Assembly (NCBI GenBank): GCA_963734155.1
Contig: CAVTGG010000002.1
Coordinates: forward strand, 86,615 to 150,614
DNA: 64,000 bases
Reading direction: 5' to 3'
Origin: an uncultured Acidobacteriota bacterium
Lineage (GTDB): Bacteria > Acidobacteriota > Thermoanaerobaculia > Gp7-AA8
The translations under genes and the position numbers were made by a program. Below are positions 20,622 to 29,983 of this stretch, one piece after another; position 1 is the stretch's first letter; each line of letters starts with the position of its first letter. The notes under the pieces are model-generated. The model worked only from the letters and a program-made list of their open reading frames with translations. It was not told the origin of the DNA and did not search any database.

Positions 20622-21691
20622 CAGTTGATGAGATAGCCGCGTCACTGAAGGATGACCAGGCCAAAATCATTCTCACCTACGGATTCAACTCGACCGGAAA
20701 GACGAAACTCTCTGTCGCGTACAAGAACGCCACTAAGTCGGCGGCCGGGGTGCATGCCGGCGTGTACTACAACGCGTATAGTGAAGATCTTTTTGTGTGG
20801 GACAACGACACGGAGAATGGCGAAGCCAACATTCGCTTGACCGTTCAGTACTGCAGTCTAAATCGACTTCATGCACTGCTCAACGAGGAGAACGTCCGCG
20901 CGAAGCTCAAGGCTTTCAAGCCTAAATACGATTTCGCCTTCAAACTACACGAGAATACCGAACGGGGGATCGATTCGATTTCGTTCTATGTACCCAATGC
21001 GGGCGACAATGCTCCAACGATCAAGATTTCACGCGGCGAGGAACGAATCTTCGTTTGGTGTTTCTTCCTCGCGCTCTTCGACGTGGACGGATGGGCCGAC
21101 AAGCAGTCTAGCCACTTCTTCATCGATGATCCGGTTTCAAGCTTAGACGATCACAACATCTTTGTTACCGCGTCCACGCTACTCGACCTAATCGAAGCTC
21201 AGCACGAGAGCCGAAAGGTCATCGTGACCACGCACCACATTGGGCTGTTCTCGATCTTGGCGGACTGGCTTACGAAGGGTGAGAAGGCCGAGAAGTACAG
21301 AAAGCTGACGAAGCTGTTTATTTTGAGCGACAAGTCCGGCGAACTTGCGCTTGAAAGCTGCCGTAACAACGTCCTGCTCTATCACCTCCGCTTGCTGCAG
21401 GTGTTGGACAATGCACAGAAAGCCAAAGATATCCGCGCCTATCACCTCGCCCTCTTACGGCAAGTTCTTGAGAATGTCGCGTCGTTCCTTGGTGTGGGTC
21501 AGTTCAAGTATGTGCTTGAACAGATTGGGATCGAAGACACCGCGGAGGTTGCGAACATCATCAATGTGCTTTCGCACAAGAAGGTTTATTACTACGAGTC
21601 CGACATGCTGATACCGGATAGCGAAAAGATTTTCGAAGAGGTCTTCAACAGATTGAAGTCCAAATACAATTTCGTGCTTCACGCCGAGTGA
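20618..21691 (+). CDS. PrrC-like protein: ABC-type NTPase N-domain plus candidate anticodon-nuclease C-domain (AAA_13-type), embedded between hsdS and hsdM
   Basis: TTG 20618 is preceded by GAGGAGG and overlaps the hsdS stop (TTGA). Walker A is GFNSTGKT (20681..20704), Walker B is HFFIDDPVSSLD and the H-loop is VIVTTHH. The C-terminal region has R281-x3-E285...H320. The stop lies 3 nt before the hsdM ATG. G+C is visibly lower (67/120 and 61/120 in two hand-counted samples). Confidence 0.5.
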   Translation: MTVDEIAASLKDDQAKIILTYGFNSTGKTKLSVAYKNATKSAAGVHAGVYYNAYSEDLFVWDNDTENGEANIRLTVQYCSLNRLHALLNEENVRAKLKAFKPKYDFAFKLHENTERGIDSISFYVPNAGDNAPTIKISRGEERIFVWCFFLALFDVDGWADKQSSHFFIDDPVSSLDDHNIFVTASTLLDLIEAQHESRKVIVTTHHIGLFSILADWLTKGEKAEKYRKLTKLFILSDKSGELALESCRNNVLLYHLRLLQVLDNAQKAKDIRAYHLALLRQVLENVASFLGVGQFKYVLEQIGIEDTAEVANIINVLSHKKVYYYESDMLIPDSEKIFEEVFNRLKSKYNFVLHAE

Positions 21692-21694
21692 TCC

Positions 21695-23330
21695 ATGACC
21701 GAAGGCGAACAGAAACAACTCGGGAAGACCCTCTGGAACATCGCGGACGATCTGCGCGGGTCGATGAACGCGGACGACTTCCGCGACTACATGCTCGCGT
21801 TCCTATTCCTACGCTACCTTTCTGACAACTACGAGGCCGCGGCCAAGCGGGAACTGGGGCGAGACTACCCCGACACGAACGCGGTGGGCAACGGGGGGCG
21901 CACACCACTATCGGTGTGGTACGCGAACAATCCCGGGGACGTGGCGGTGTTCGAGAAGCAGATGCGCCTGAAGGTGCATTACGTCATCAAGCCCGAGCAC
22001 CTGTGGACGAACATCGCGTACATGGCTCGCACGCAGAATGAGGAACTGCTGGACACGCTACAGGCGGGCTTCAAGTACATCGAGAATGAGTCGTTCGAGA
22101 GCACATTTCAGGGGCTCTTTTCAGAGATCAACCTTGCATCGGAGAAGCTGGGGCGCAATTACGGGGCCCGCAACGCGAAGCTCTGCACGATCATCCAGCG
22201 GATCGCCGAAGGGCTGGCCGAGTTCTCGACCGACTTGGACACGCTCGGCGACGCGTACGAGTACTTGATCGGGCAGTTCGCCGCCGGGTCGGGCAAGAAG
22301 GCGGGCGAGTTCTACACGCCACAGCGGATCTCGGACATCCTCTCGGCGATCGTCACCCTCGACAGCCAGGAGCCGGCGACCGGCAAGAAGGCCCGGCTCG
22401 AAACCGTCTTCGATTTTGCCTGCGGCTCCGGCTCGCTGCTGCTCAACGTGCGCAAGCGCATGGGTGCGCACAGAATCGGGAAGATCTACGGACAGGAGCA
22501 AGAACATCACGACCTACAACCTCGCGCGCATGAACATGCTGCTGCACGGGGTGAAGGACACCGAGTTCGAGATCTACCACGGCGACACGCTGACCAACGA
22601 CTGGGACATGCTCCGCGAGAACAACCCCGCGAAGATGCCCAAGTTCGACGCGGTGGTAGCCAATCCCCCGTTCAGCTACCGCTGGGAGCCTAGCGAGGCG
22701 ATGAGCGAGGACGTGCGGTTCAAGAATTACGGCCTGGCGCCCAAGTCCGCCGCCGACTTCGCATTTCTCCTCCACGGTTTTCACTACTTGAAGGACGAGG
22801 GAGTGATGGCGATCATCCTGCCCCACGGCGTGCTATTCCGCGGCGGCAAGGAAGCCGACATTCGCACGAAGCTCCTGAACGACGGCCACATCGACACGGT
22901 GATCGGGCTGCCGGCGAACCTGTTCTACTCGACGGGTATCCCAGTGTGCATTCTGGTGCTCAAGCGGTGCAAGAAGCCCGACGACGTGCTGTTCATCAAC
23001 GCGGCCGAGCATTTCGAGAAAGGTAAGCGGCAGAACTACCTGACCGACGCCCACATCCACAAGATCATCGAGACGTACCGGAAGCGCCCGAGCGAAGTCG
23101 AGCGCTACGCCCGGCGCGTCGAGATGAAGGAGATCATCGAGAACGACTACAACCTGAACATCTCTCGCTATGTCAGCACCGCCGAACAAGAAGCGGAGGT
23201 GGACCTGGCGGCGACTCACGCTAATCTCGCCACGATCGAAGACGAGGTACGGAGTGCGACGCGCGCGCACAATCGCTTCTTGAGGGAGCTCGGCCTACCT
23301 CTCATACCACCCGGCGATGTTGGTTCGTAG
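21695..23330 (+). pseudogene. hsdM: Type I R-M N6-adenine DNA methyltransferase (HsdM) with one apparent +1 frameshift near 22497-22501
   Basis: ORF 21695..22693 (HsdM N-domain, FDFACGSGSLLL SAM motif) and ORF 22416..23330 (NITTYNLARMNMLLHG, VVANPPFS catalytic motif) rejoin as ..KIYGQE/KNITTYNL.. after removing one nt. Confidence 0.85.
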
Positions 23331-23548
23331 AGAACTCGAGCGCACGGTCGTAGTCTCTGCCGCCGCAACCATCGAGCGCGATACCTCAAGGGGTTTATCG
23401 AGACCTTACCGAACGCCATCGGACGCCGCGACGCTCAGCGTGTTCGGCGAAGTTTGGTAAGCGCCGACACCCTTTTCGGCGCCTAACGAATCAGCACTCG
23501 GCCGCGCCACAATAATCGTTGACCGTAGAGCAGCAGCTCGTCAGTTCG

Positions 23549-24096
23549 TCAGCCGATGAGACGGAGCCGGCGATCATCACCTACCGGCAGTTCGGTGTCG
23601 ACTAAAGCTGCTCGATCGCTGCGATATTCGGCTAAACCCGCATACCGCCCTCCCGATGTCTCGTTCACGAACGGGGGCGAGCGTTCAAGCCCGCCCACAT
23701 TCGCGCGGTATCGGGAGACAACAAACCCTGGTCGTTCATCGGTCCGCCGTAATTCAGTGGACGCGCGAGGAGCCCGCCGGCCATGAATACGTTCCGTCCT
23801 TGAGAAACGTATGACCGCTGCAGAAGAGGTTGTTGACTTCATTCCGCGACAACAAGGTATTGGACCCATTGGCAGGGTTGTAGATATACGCGTCGGTTTT
23901 CAGGATCGGGGCGTTGCGCTCCCCACGTGACCACGCGGCCATCCGGCATGACGTACGCGTGAATGGCCACGACGGGCCAGTTGAAAAGAGTCTCCCAGCG
24001 GCCGATGTAGATCGGATCGGTCGGGCTGTACTGAGCGGAGAGAGGAACGGCAGCGAAGCACAGCAACTGCAGGATCAGGGCGACTCTGAACAGCAT
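23549..24096 (-). pseudogene. Truncated, frameshifted N-terminal remnant of a secreted glyoxal/galactose-oxidase-like protein
   Basis: It has a signal peptide MLFRVALILQLLCFAAVPLSAQ, then GRWETLFNWPVVAIHAYVMPDGRVVTWG. The next frame gives YIYNPANGSNTLLSRNEVNNLFCSGHTFLKDG, and a third frame gives (N)VFMAGG. Only ~180 aa of an expected much longer protein are present, so the family call is tentative. Confidence 0.35.
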
Positions 24097-24266
24097 TCGA
24101 ACTCTCGTGGAATGTCTCCTGTGGATGGGTCCTCAGGCTGTCACCCACGCGGTCGGGGGCCGCTGCTTGGGAATCGGGATGTGGGTGAAGTCGTGGGGAA
24201 GGAGTGATTGGACCGATGAGTTCCCGCCCCCCCGCCCCAAGGCGCGCCGGAGGCGCGCGCTACTCC

Positions 24267-25337
24267 TCAATACATCAAATACTTCGCCCGTCGTTTCATG
24301 AACTCGCGCAAATCCCACACCGGAACCTTCCCGCTCTTGATCGCGTCGATCGTCGGCTGATGGCGAAGCAGTGGCTGGAGCTCATCGAGCTTGAACTGTT
24401 GCGGATAGAGCGTCGCGAGCGTGCTGGCGAGGGTGATGCCGGCGTCGACGGCGCGGAATGTCTTGCGATCGGTGATGGTCAGGCGCACGCCGCCGCATTC
24501 CTGGCCGGCGAAGATGCTCGACGTCGGAGTGAAGCGCACGGGCGTGAACGTGATGCCGGGCAACGAGACGAGCTGTTTGGCGAGGCGCGCGCCGTCGATG
24601 TAGGGCGCGCCGATGATCTCGAACGGGGTGTCGGTGCCGCGGCCGACGGAGATCGCGCGCTCGAGGAGGCCGATGCCGGGATAGAGCGCGGCGGCGTTGA
24701 GGGAGCGCATGTTCGGCGAGGTGTTGATCCACGGCAGCCCCGCGTCGTCCTGCCACTGCGCGCGCGTCCACTCGCGAATCGGCACGACGGTGAGCTCGAC
24801 GTCGATCGAGCGCTCGTCGCGGAACATCTGCGCGAGCTCGCCCACCGTCATCCCGTGGCGCACCGGCAGCGAGTGCCACGCCGTGAACGACGCCTCGTCA
24901 TCACGCAGCGGTCCTTCGACGAGCTCGCCGCCGATCGGGTTCACGCGATCGAGCACGACGAACTTGATCTTCGCGTCCGCCGCCGCTTCCATGGCCAGGC
25001 CCATCGTGGAGATGTAGGTGTAGAAGCGCGTGCCGATGTCCTGGATGTCGAAGACGAGCGCGTCGAGGTTCGCGAGCTGTTCGCGCGACGGCTTGCGCCG
25101 TTCGCCGTAGAGGCTGTAGACCGGCAGGCCGCTGATCGGATCGGTGTCGTCGCCGACCTTCGCATCCACGTCGCCGCGAATGCCGTGCTCGGGACTGAAG
25201 AGCGCGACGAGACTGACGCCGGGCGCGCTGCGCAGCACATCGATCGTCGGATTGCCGGCCTTGTCGATGCCGCTCTGATTCGTGATCAATCCGATGCGCA
25301 GGCCGTTCAGCGTTTCGTATTCATTCGACTCCAGCAC
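24267..25337 (-). CDS. DUF1343 family protein (exo-beta-N-acetylmuramidase NamZ-like)
   Basis: Recognised motifs are GIDVLESNEYETLNGLRIGLITNQSGI, LFSPEHGIRGD, VFDIQDIGTRFYTYISTM and VLDRVNP. It has no N-terminal signal of its own, and its frame is open upstream into the preceding hydrolase gene. Confidence 0.7.
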   Translation of the reverse strand: MLESNEYETLNGLRIGLITNQSGIDKAGNPTIDVLRSAPGVSLVALFSPEHGIRGDVDAKVGDDTDPISGLPVYSLYGERRKPSREQLANLDALVFDIQDIGTRFYTYISTMGLAMEAAADAKIKFVVLDRVNPIGGELVEGPLRDDEASFTAWHSLPVRHGMTVGELAQMFRDERSIDVELTVVPIREWTRAQWQDDAGLPWINTSPNMRSLNAAALYPGIGLLERAISVGRGTDTPFEIIGAPYIDGARLAKQLVSLPGITFTPVRFTPTSSIFAGQECGGVRLTITDRKTFRAVDAGITLASTLATLYPQQFKLDELQPLLRHQPTIDAIKSGKVPVWDLREFMKRRAKYLMY

Positions 25338-26523
25338 GTCGATGCCGTTCTGCGCAGCTGCCGCCGCCGTTCGTGACGACGCCGACGCGCGGATGCTGCT
25401 TCGGCCACGTCGCGCCGCGAATCGACTCCGCGACCAGCGTGCCGAGCTGCCGCTGCAGCGTGATCACGCTGCCCGTGCCGTCGGGATGCACGCGGTTCGA
25501 GAGGAAGATGTAGAACGTGCGCGAGCCGGGATCGATCCAGAGAAATCCGCCGGTCCAGCCGGTGTGGCCGAACGACGTGCCGATCGGGAAATGCTCGCCG
25601 CGCGGGCGGCTGTACTGCGAGTCGACGTCGAATCCGGCCGCGCGTTTCACCGCAACGTTCGCCGGCGTCGCGACCTCGGTCATCGCGCGCGGGAAGAAGT
25701 TGCCGCGCAGGACGGCGCGCGCGAATTTCGCGAGATCCTCGGCCGTCGTGAACACGCCCGCGTGTCCGGCGACGCCGCCCATGCGCCGCGCGGTCGGGTC
25801 GTGCACGACGCCGCGGAGCACGAGCGGCTCGGGCGAGAGCGGATCGTCGAACACGCGCTCGGTTGGCGCGATGCGCGGGCTGCCGTTCGGCCAGAAACCG
25901 GTGTCGCGCATCTCCAGCGGCTCGAAGATGTTCGTGCGCGCGAACTCCTCGAGCGGCTTGCCGGAGACGCGGCGAACGATCTCGCCGAGGAGAATGTAGT
26001 TGATGTCGGAGTAGCGGAAGAGCATGCCGGGCGTGCTGCGCGGCTTCTCCGCGAGCGCGCGGCGGATGCCTTCCTCGTAGCCGCTCCACGGCTCGTGCAG
26101 ACCGAGGCTCGGCCGCAGCCCGGACGTGTGCGTCATCAGATGGCGGATCGTGACGCGGCCGTCGCTGTACTCATCGAGATACGTCTTCACCGGCGCGTCG
26201 AGCGCGATCTTGCCCTGCTGCATGAGCAGCCAGGCCGACGGCGCGGTGGCGATCACTTTCGTGATCGACGCGCCGTCGAAGATCGTGTCCCTCGTCATCG
26301 CCTCCAGCTCCGGCTCGATGGCGCGGTAGCCGTATTGGCGGTGATAGATCGAGTCGTCGTGCTCGATCCAGATCACGCCGCCGGGGATGCGCTTCTGCTG
26401 GACAGCGCTCCGCACCGCGGCATCGATCTCGCGCAGCTTCTCCGAATCGAATGCCTTGATGTTCGGCTGCGACGTCGATGCGCAGCCGGCGAATGCGAGG
26501 ATGAGAAGGAGGCGCCTGATCAC
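25321..26523 (-). CDS. Serine hydrolase, beta-lactamase fold, lipoprotein (position analogous to AmiE-type MurNAc-L-Ala amidase)
   Basis: The lipobox is MIRRLLLILAFAGCAST and the SxxK motif is ASITKVIAT. It lies between the nagZ-like and namZ-like genes. Confidence 0.7.
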   Translation of the reverse strand: MIRRLLLILAFAGCASTSQPNIKAFDSEKLREIDAAVRSAVQQKRIPGGVIWIEHDDSIYHRQYGYRAIEPELEAMTRDTIFDGASITKVIATAPSAWLLMQQGKIALDAPVKTYLDEYSDGRVTIRHLMTHTSGLRPSLGLHEPWSGYEEGIRRALAEKPRSTPGMLFRYSDINYILLGEIVRRVSGKPLEEFARTNIFEPLEMRDTGFWPNGSPRIAPTERVFDDPLSPEPLVLRGVVHDPTARRMGGVAGHAGVFTTAEDLAKFARAVLRGNFFPRAMTEVATPANVAVKRAAGFDVDSQYSRPRGEHFPIGTSFGHTGWTGGFLWIDPGSRTFYIFLSNRVHPDGTGSVITLQRQLGTLVAESIRGATWPKQHPRVGVVTNGGGSCAERHRRAGVE

Positions 26524-27897
26524 AAAGTTATCGGCAGTTTGCCAGAGATCGGCACTTTACCTCGAATCGCCTGAATCGCGGCCCGCTGCATGATGGGCTG
26601 GATTCCGTATGCGCAGACGGCGGTGCGGAATGGGTGAAGGACGTACGGACTGCCGAAGGAGATGGCGATCACGCGTTTTTCGGACAGTTTCTGGGCGGCT
26701 CTCGGGAGCGCGATTCGTCCCGCGCCCGAGATGGGTCGAAGAGCGAGCAGCAGAACGACGTCGCCGTCGATGTCCACGTCTTCGGAATCTGAATTGATCG
26801 TGATCACACGCTGCGCGCCGAGCTCGCGGACGGCGTCTTCGACGGGGTTGGGCTCGGGGAGGTCGGTCACGACGACGGCGGTGACGTCCCGGTTCAACGG
26901 CAACAGCTGATCATCGTCGCGGATGAGAGTGATCGCGCGTTGGGCAATCGTCTCCACACTTCGCTTCCCGATCTTTCGCTTCGCCTCCATGATCCGCTCG
27001 ACTGACTCATCGATCCGCGCTTCACTGATTCGTCCGCTCCGTACTGCCGCTTTCACCGCTGCGATCGCAGCATCCGTGTCCGCGGAAAACAGAATCTGAT
27101 CTTCGCCGGCTTCGATGGCCAGCACCGCGGCTTCGCCTGGGTCGAAGAGCTCGATGAGCGCGCCCATCTCGAACGAGTCGGTGATCACGAGTCCGTCGAA
27201 GCCGAGGTCTTCGCGGAGGAGGTGAATCATCTTCGGCGAGAGAGTCGCGGGCGTGTCGTCGCCGACGGCGAGGTGGCCCATCATCACCGTGGCCACGCCG
27301 GCTTCGATCGCGGCCCGGAAGGGAACCAATTCAACGGCGTCCAACCGCTCAGCGCGTCACGTCGAGCCGCGGGAGCGTGAGGTGCGAGTCGATGTGCGTG
27401 TCGCCGTGGCCGGGAAAGTGTTTCGCGGTGGCGAGGCAGCCTTCGCTCTGCACGCCGCGCACGAACGCCGCGACATAACGCGCGACGTCGTGCGGGTCTT
27501 CGCCGAAGCTGCGCGTGTTGATGACGGGATTCTGCGGATCGACGTTCACGTCGGCGACCGGCGCGAGGATGTGATTGATGCCGATCGCGAGCGCTTCTCG
27601 CGCGGTCACCCGTCCTTCTTCCTCGGCGAACGACGGATCGCCGGTCGCGGCGATGGCCATCGCGGAGGGCCACCATGTCGCATCCGTGAAGCGCATGCCC
27701 ATGCCCGATTCGAGGTCGGCGCTGATGAGCAGCGGCGTCTTCGCGAGTGACTGCAGGTGCGCATTCATCTTCGCAACCTCGCCCGTCGTCGACTGAAACC
27801 AGATCACGCCGCCGACGTGGTTGTCGCGGACGTGGCGGACTACGTCGCCGTTTGCGGGGACGACGAAGAGCTGGCCGATTTTTTCGTTGAGATCCAC
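26520..27897 (-). CDS. nagZ: Glycoside hydrolase family 3 beta-N-acetylhexosaminidase (NagZ-like), apparent +1 frameshift near 27349-27356
   Basis: From GTG 27897 it reads (M)DLNEKIGQLFVV..., ..LISADLESG.., ..KHFPGHGDTHIDSHLTLPRLDVTR*. ORF 26520..27344 then continues as LDAVELVPFRAAIEAGVATVMMGH... The two rejoin if one nt is removed. Confidence 0.75.
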
Positions 27898-29273
27898 GAC
27901 GCGATCATACCGATCGCGAACGTCGCCATCGATCCGACGACGGTGTACCACGGCCAGGCCACGCGCGTGAGGAAGGCAACGGAGAGCACGGCGCCGAGTC
28001 CGGCGAGCATGCCGGTGAGCGCCGCGCCGGTGCCGCCGCGCTTCGTCGCGCCGAGGAAAAACACGCCGAGGATCGGACCGTTGATGAGCGAGGCGATGGA
28101 GAGCGCGGTGCTCAGCGCGGAGCGTTGCGTGTGCTGCAGGCCGAGGCCGACCGCGATCTGCGCGAGGCCGGCCACGACGACGATGAGACGCGAGGTACGC
28201 ATCGAGCGGAAGCGCGGGATCAGGTCGGACACTACCGTCGCCGCGATCGCGCTCAGCGACGACGACATCGCCGCGGCGAGGATCGCGGCGACGACGAGTC
28301 CCGACAGTCCCGGCGGCAGATGATTGGCGATGAAGTGCGGGAAGACCTGATCGGGCGCGGAGACCGGCGCTTGTGCGCCGTAGAAGGCGAACAGCAGCAC
28401 GCCGATGAAGAGGAAGCCCGCGAACTGCACGAACACGACCGCGCCGGAGACGAGCAGCGCCTTCGCCGCGCTGCGCGGGCGGTCGGTGCACAAGTATCGC
28501 TGCACCAGATATTGATCCGTACCGTGCGTGGAGAGCGTGAGGAACGTGCCGCCGATGACGCCCGACCAGAACGTGAAGGTCTTCGTCAGATCGAACGAGA
28601 AATCGAAGAGCCGGAATTTGTGGAATTGCCTTCCGGCCTCCATGGCTTCGGCCAGCCCGACGTCGCGAATCAGAATCACCGCCACAGCGATCGCGCCGCC
28701 GACATAGATCGCGAGCTGCACGACTTCGATCCAGACCACGGCCTCGATGCCGCCTAACAGCGTGAAAAGGATCATCACCACGCCGAGGGCGAGGATCGAG
28801 GTGCTGATACCGGCGCTCTTCAGGACGGCGGCGATCACGAATGCGGTGAGCAGCAGCCGCACGCCGTCCGCGATCGTGCGCATGATCACGAACAACGTCG
28901 CGGCGAGTGCCTTCACCGGCGCGCCGAAGCGCGTCTGCAGCAGCTCGTACACCGTGACCAGCTCGCCGCGGAAGTACCACGGCATGAACACCGTCGAGAT
29001 CACGACGCGCGCGATGCAGTAGCCGATGACCAGCTGCAGAAAACGAAAGTCGCCGCCCTGCGCCCACGCCATTCCGGGAACGGAGATGAACGTGATCGTC
29101 GACGTCTCCGTCGCCACGATCGACGCCGCAATCGCCCACCACGGCACCGCCTGCCCGGCCGTGAAATAGCGCTCGGTGTTCTTCTGCCGCCGCGCGAACA
29201 CGAAGCCGGAGGCGATCACGGCGGAGAGGTAGAGGACGATGATGGCGAGGTCGATAGAATGCACTGCGCGCAT
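27840..29273 (-). CDS. Sodium:solute symporter (SSS) family transporter
   Basis: It is 477 aa with ~13 hydrophobic segments and a typical SSS N-terminus, SIDLAIIVLYLSAVIASGFVFARRQKNTERYFTAGQAVPWW. Confidence 0.8.
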   Translation of the reverse strand: MRAVHSIDLAIIVLYLSAVIASGFVFARRQKNTERYFTAGQAVPWWAIAASIVATETSTITFISVPGMAWAQGGDFRFLQLVIGYCIARVVISTVFMPWYFRGELVTVYELLQTRFGAPVKALAATLFVIMRTIADGVRLLLTAFVIAAVLKSAGISTSILALGVVMILFTLLGGIEAVVWIEVVQLAIYVGGAIAVAVILIRDVGLAEAMEAGRQFHKFRLFDFSFDLTKTFTFWSGVIGGTFLTLSTHGTDQYLVQRYLCTDRPRSAAKALLVSGAVVFVQFAGFLFIGVLLFAFYGAQAPVSAPDQVFPHFIANHLPPGLSGLVVAAILAAAMSSSLSAIAATVVSDLIPRFRSMRTSRLIVVVAGLAQIAVGLGLQHTQRSALSTALSIASLINGPILGVFFLGATKRGGTGAALTGMLAGLGAVLSVAFLTRVAWPWYTVVGSMATFAIGMIASWISTKKSASSSSSPQTAT

Positions 29274-29983
29274 GCTACCGATTGTTTGGGTCCACGGCTT
29301 CCCTCTCTCTTCGCAGATTTTCGAGCACCAACGTTCCCTCGGCGGTTCGTTTCCCGACCTTCCCGGCTTCGGCAGCGCCGCGCCACCGACATCCGAGCTG
29401 ACAATGGATGACTACGCGCGGCACGTGCTCGCCACCGCGCCGGAACGAGCAATCTTCGCCGGCCTCTCGATGGGCGGCTACGTCTGCTTCGCAATCGCGC
29501 GGCTCGCGCCGGAGCGCGTCGGCGGATTGATTCTCATCGACACACGCGAAACGGCGGATACGGACGAAGGTCGCAAAGGCCGTTTCGAATCGATCGAGAA
29601 GGTGAAGCAGCACGGCGTGCAAGCGGTGGTCGACGCGATGCTGCCGAAGATGGTGAAAGCGGAGCAGTACAAAGCACGCGTGCGCGAGATCATGATGTCG
29701 TCTTCGCAGGAAGGTGTGATCGCCGCGCTGCGCGCGATGGCCAACCGCCCCGACTTCGTCAGCGCTGCTGCCCACGCTGCGCGTGCCGGCGCTCGTCATC
29801 GTCGGCGAAGAAGACGCCATCACGCCGCCGGCGGATGCGGAGCGGATGGCGAAGGCGATCCCGAACGCGACGCTCGTGCGCATTCCGGACGCGGCGCATT
29901 TGTCGAATTATGAGCAGGCAGAGATTTTTAATGAGGCGAGATACGAGATCGAAAGGTTCAAAACCACCGATAGTGCCCCGTGA
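29272..29983 (+). CDS. Alpha/beta hydrolase, apparent +1 frameshift near 29770-29776
   Basis: It reads MLPIVWVHGFPLSS.., with the nucleophile elbow GLSMGG, then (next frame, ORF 29783..29983) LLPTLRVPALVIVGEEDAITPP...IPDAAHLSN. An alternative start is 29239. Confidence 0.7.

Noticed and set aside
23461-23482. The hairpin gcgccga-cacccttt-tcggcgc as the hsdM terminator.
   Set aside because: It has only a 7-bp stem, no U tract on either strand, and lies ~130 nt downstream of the hsdM stop. The evidence is too weak to annotate it.
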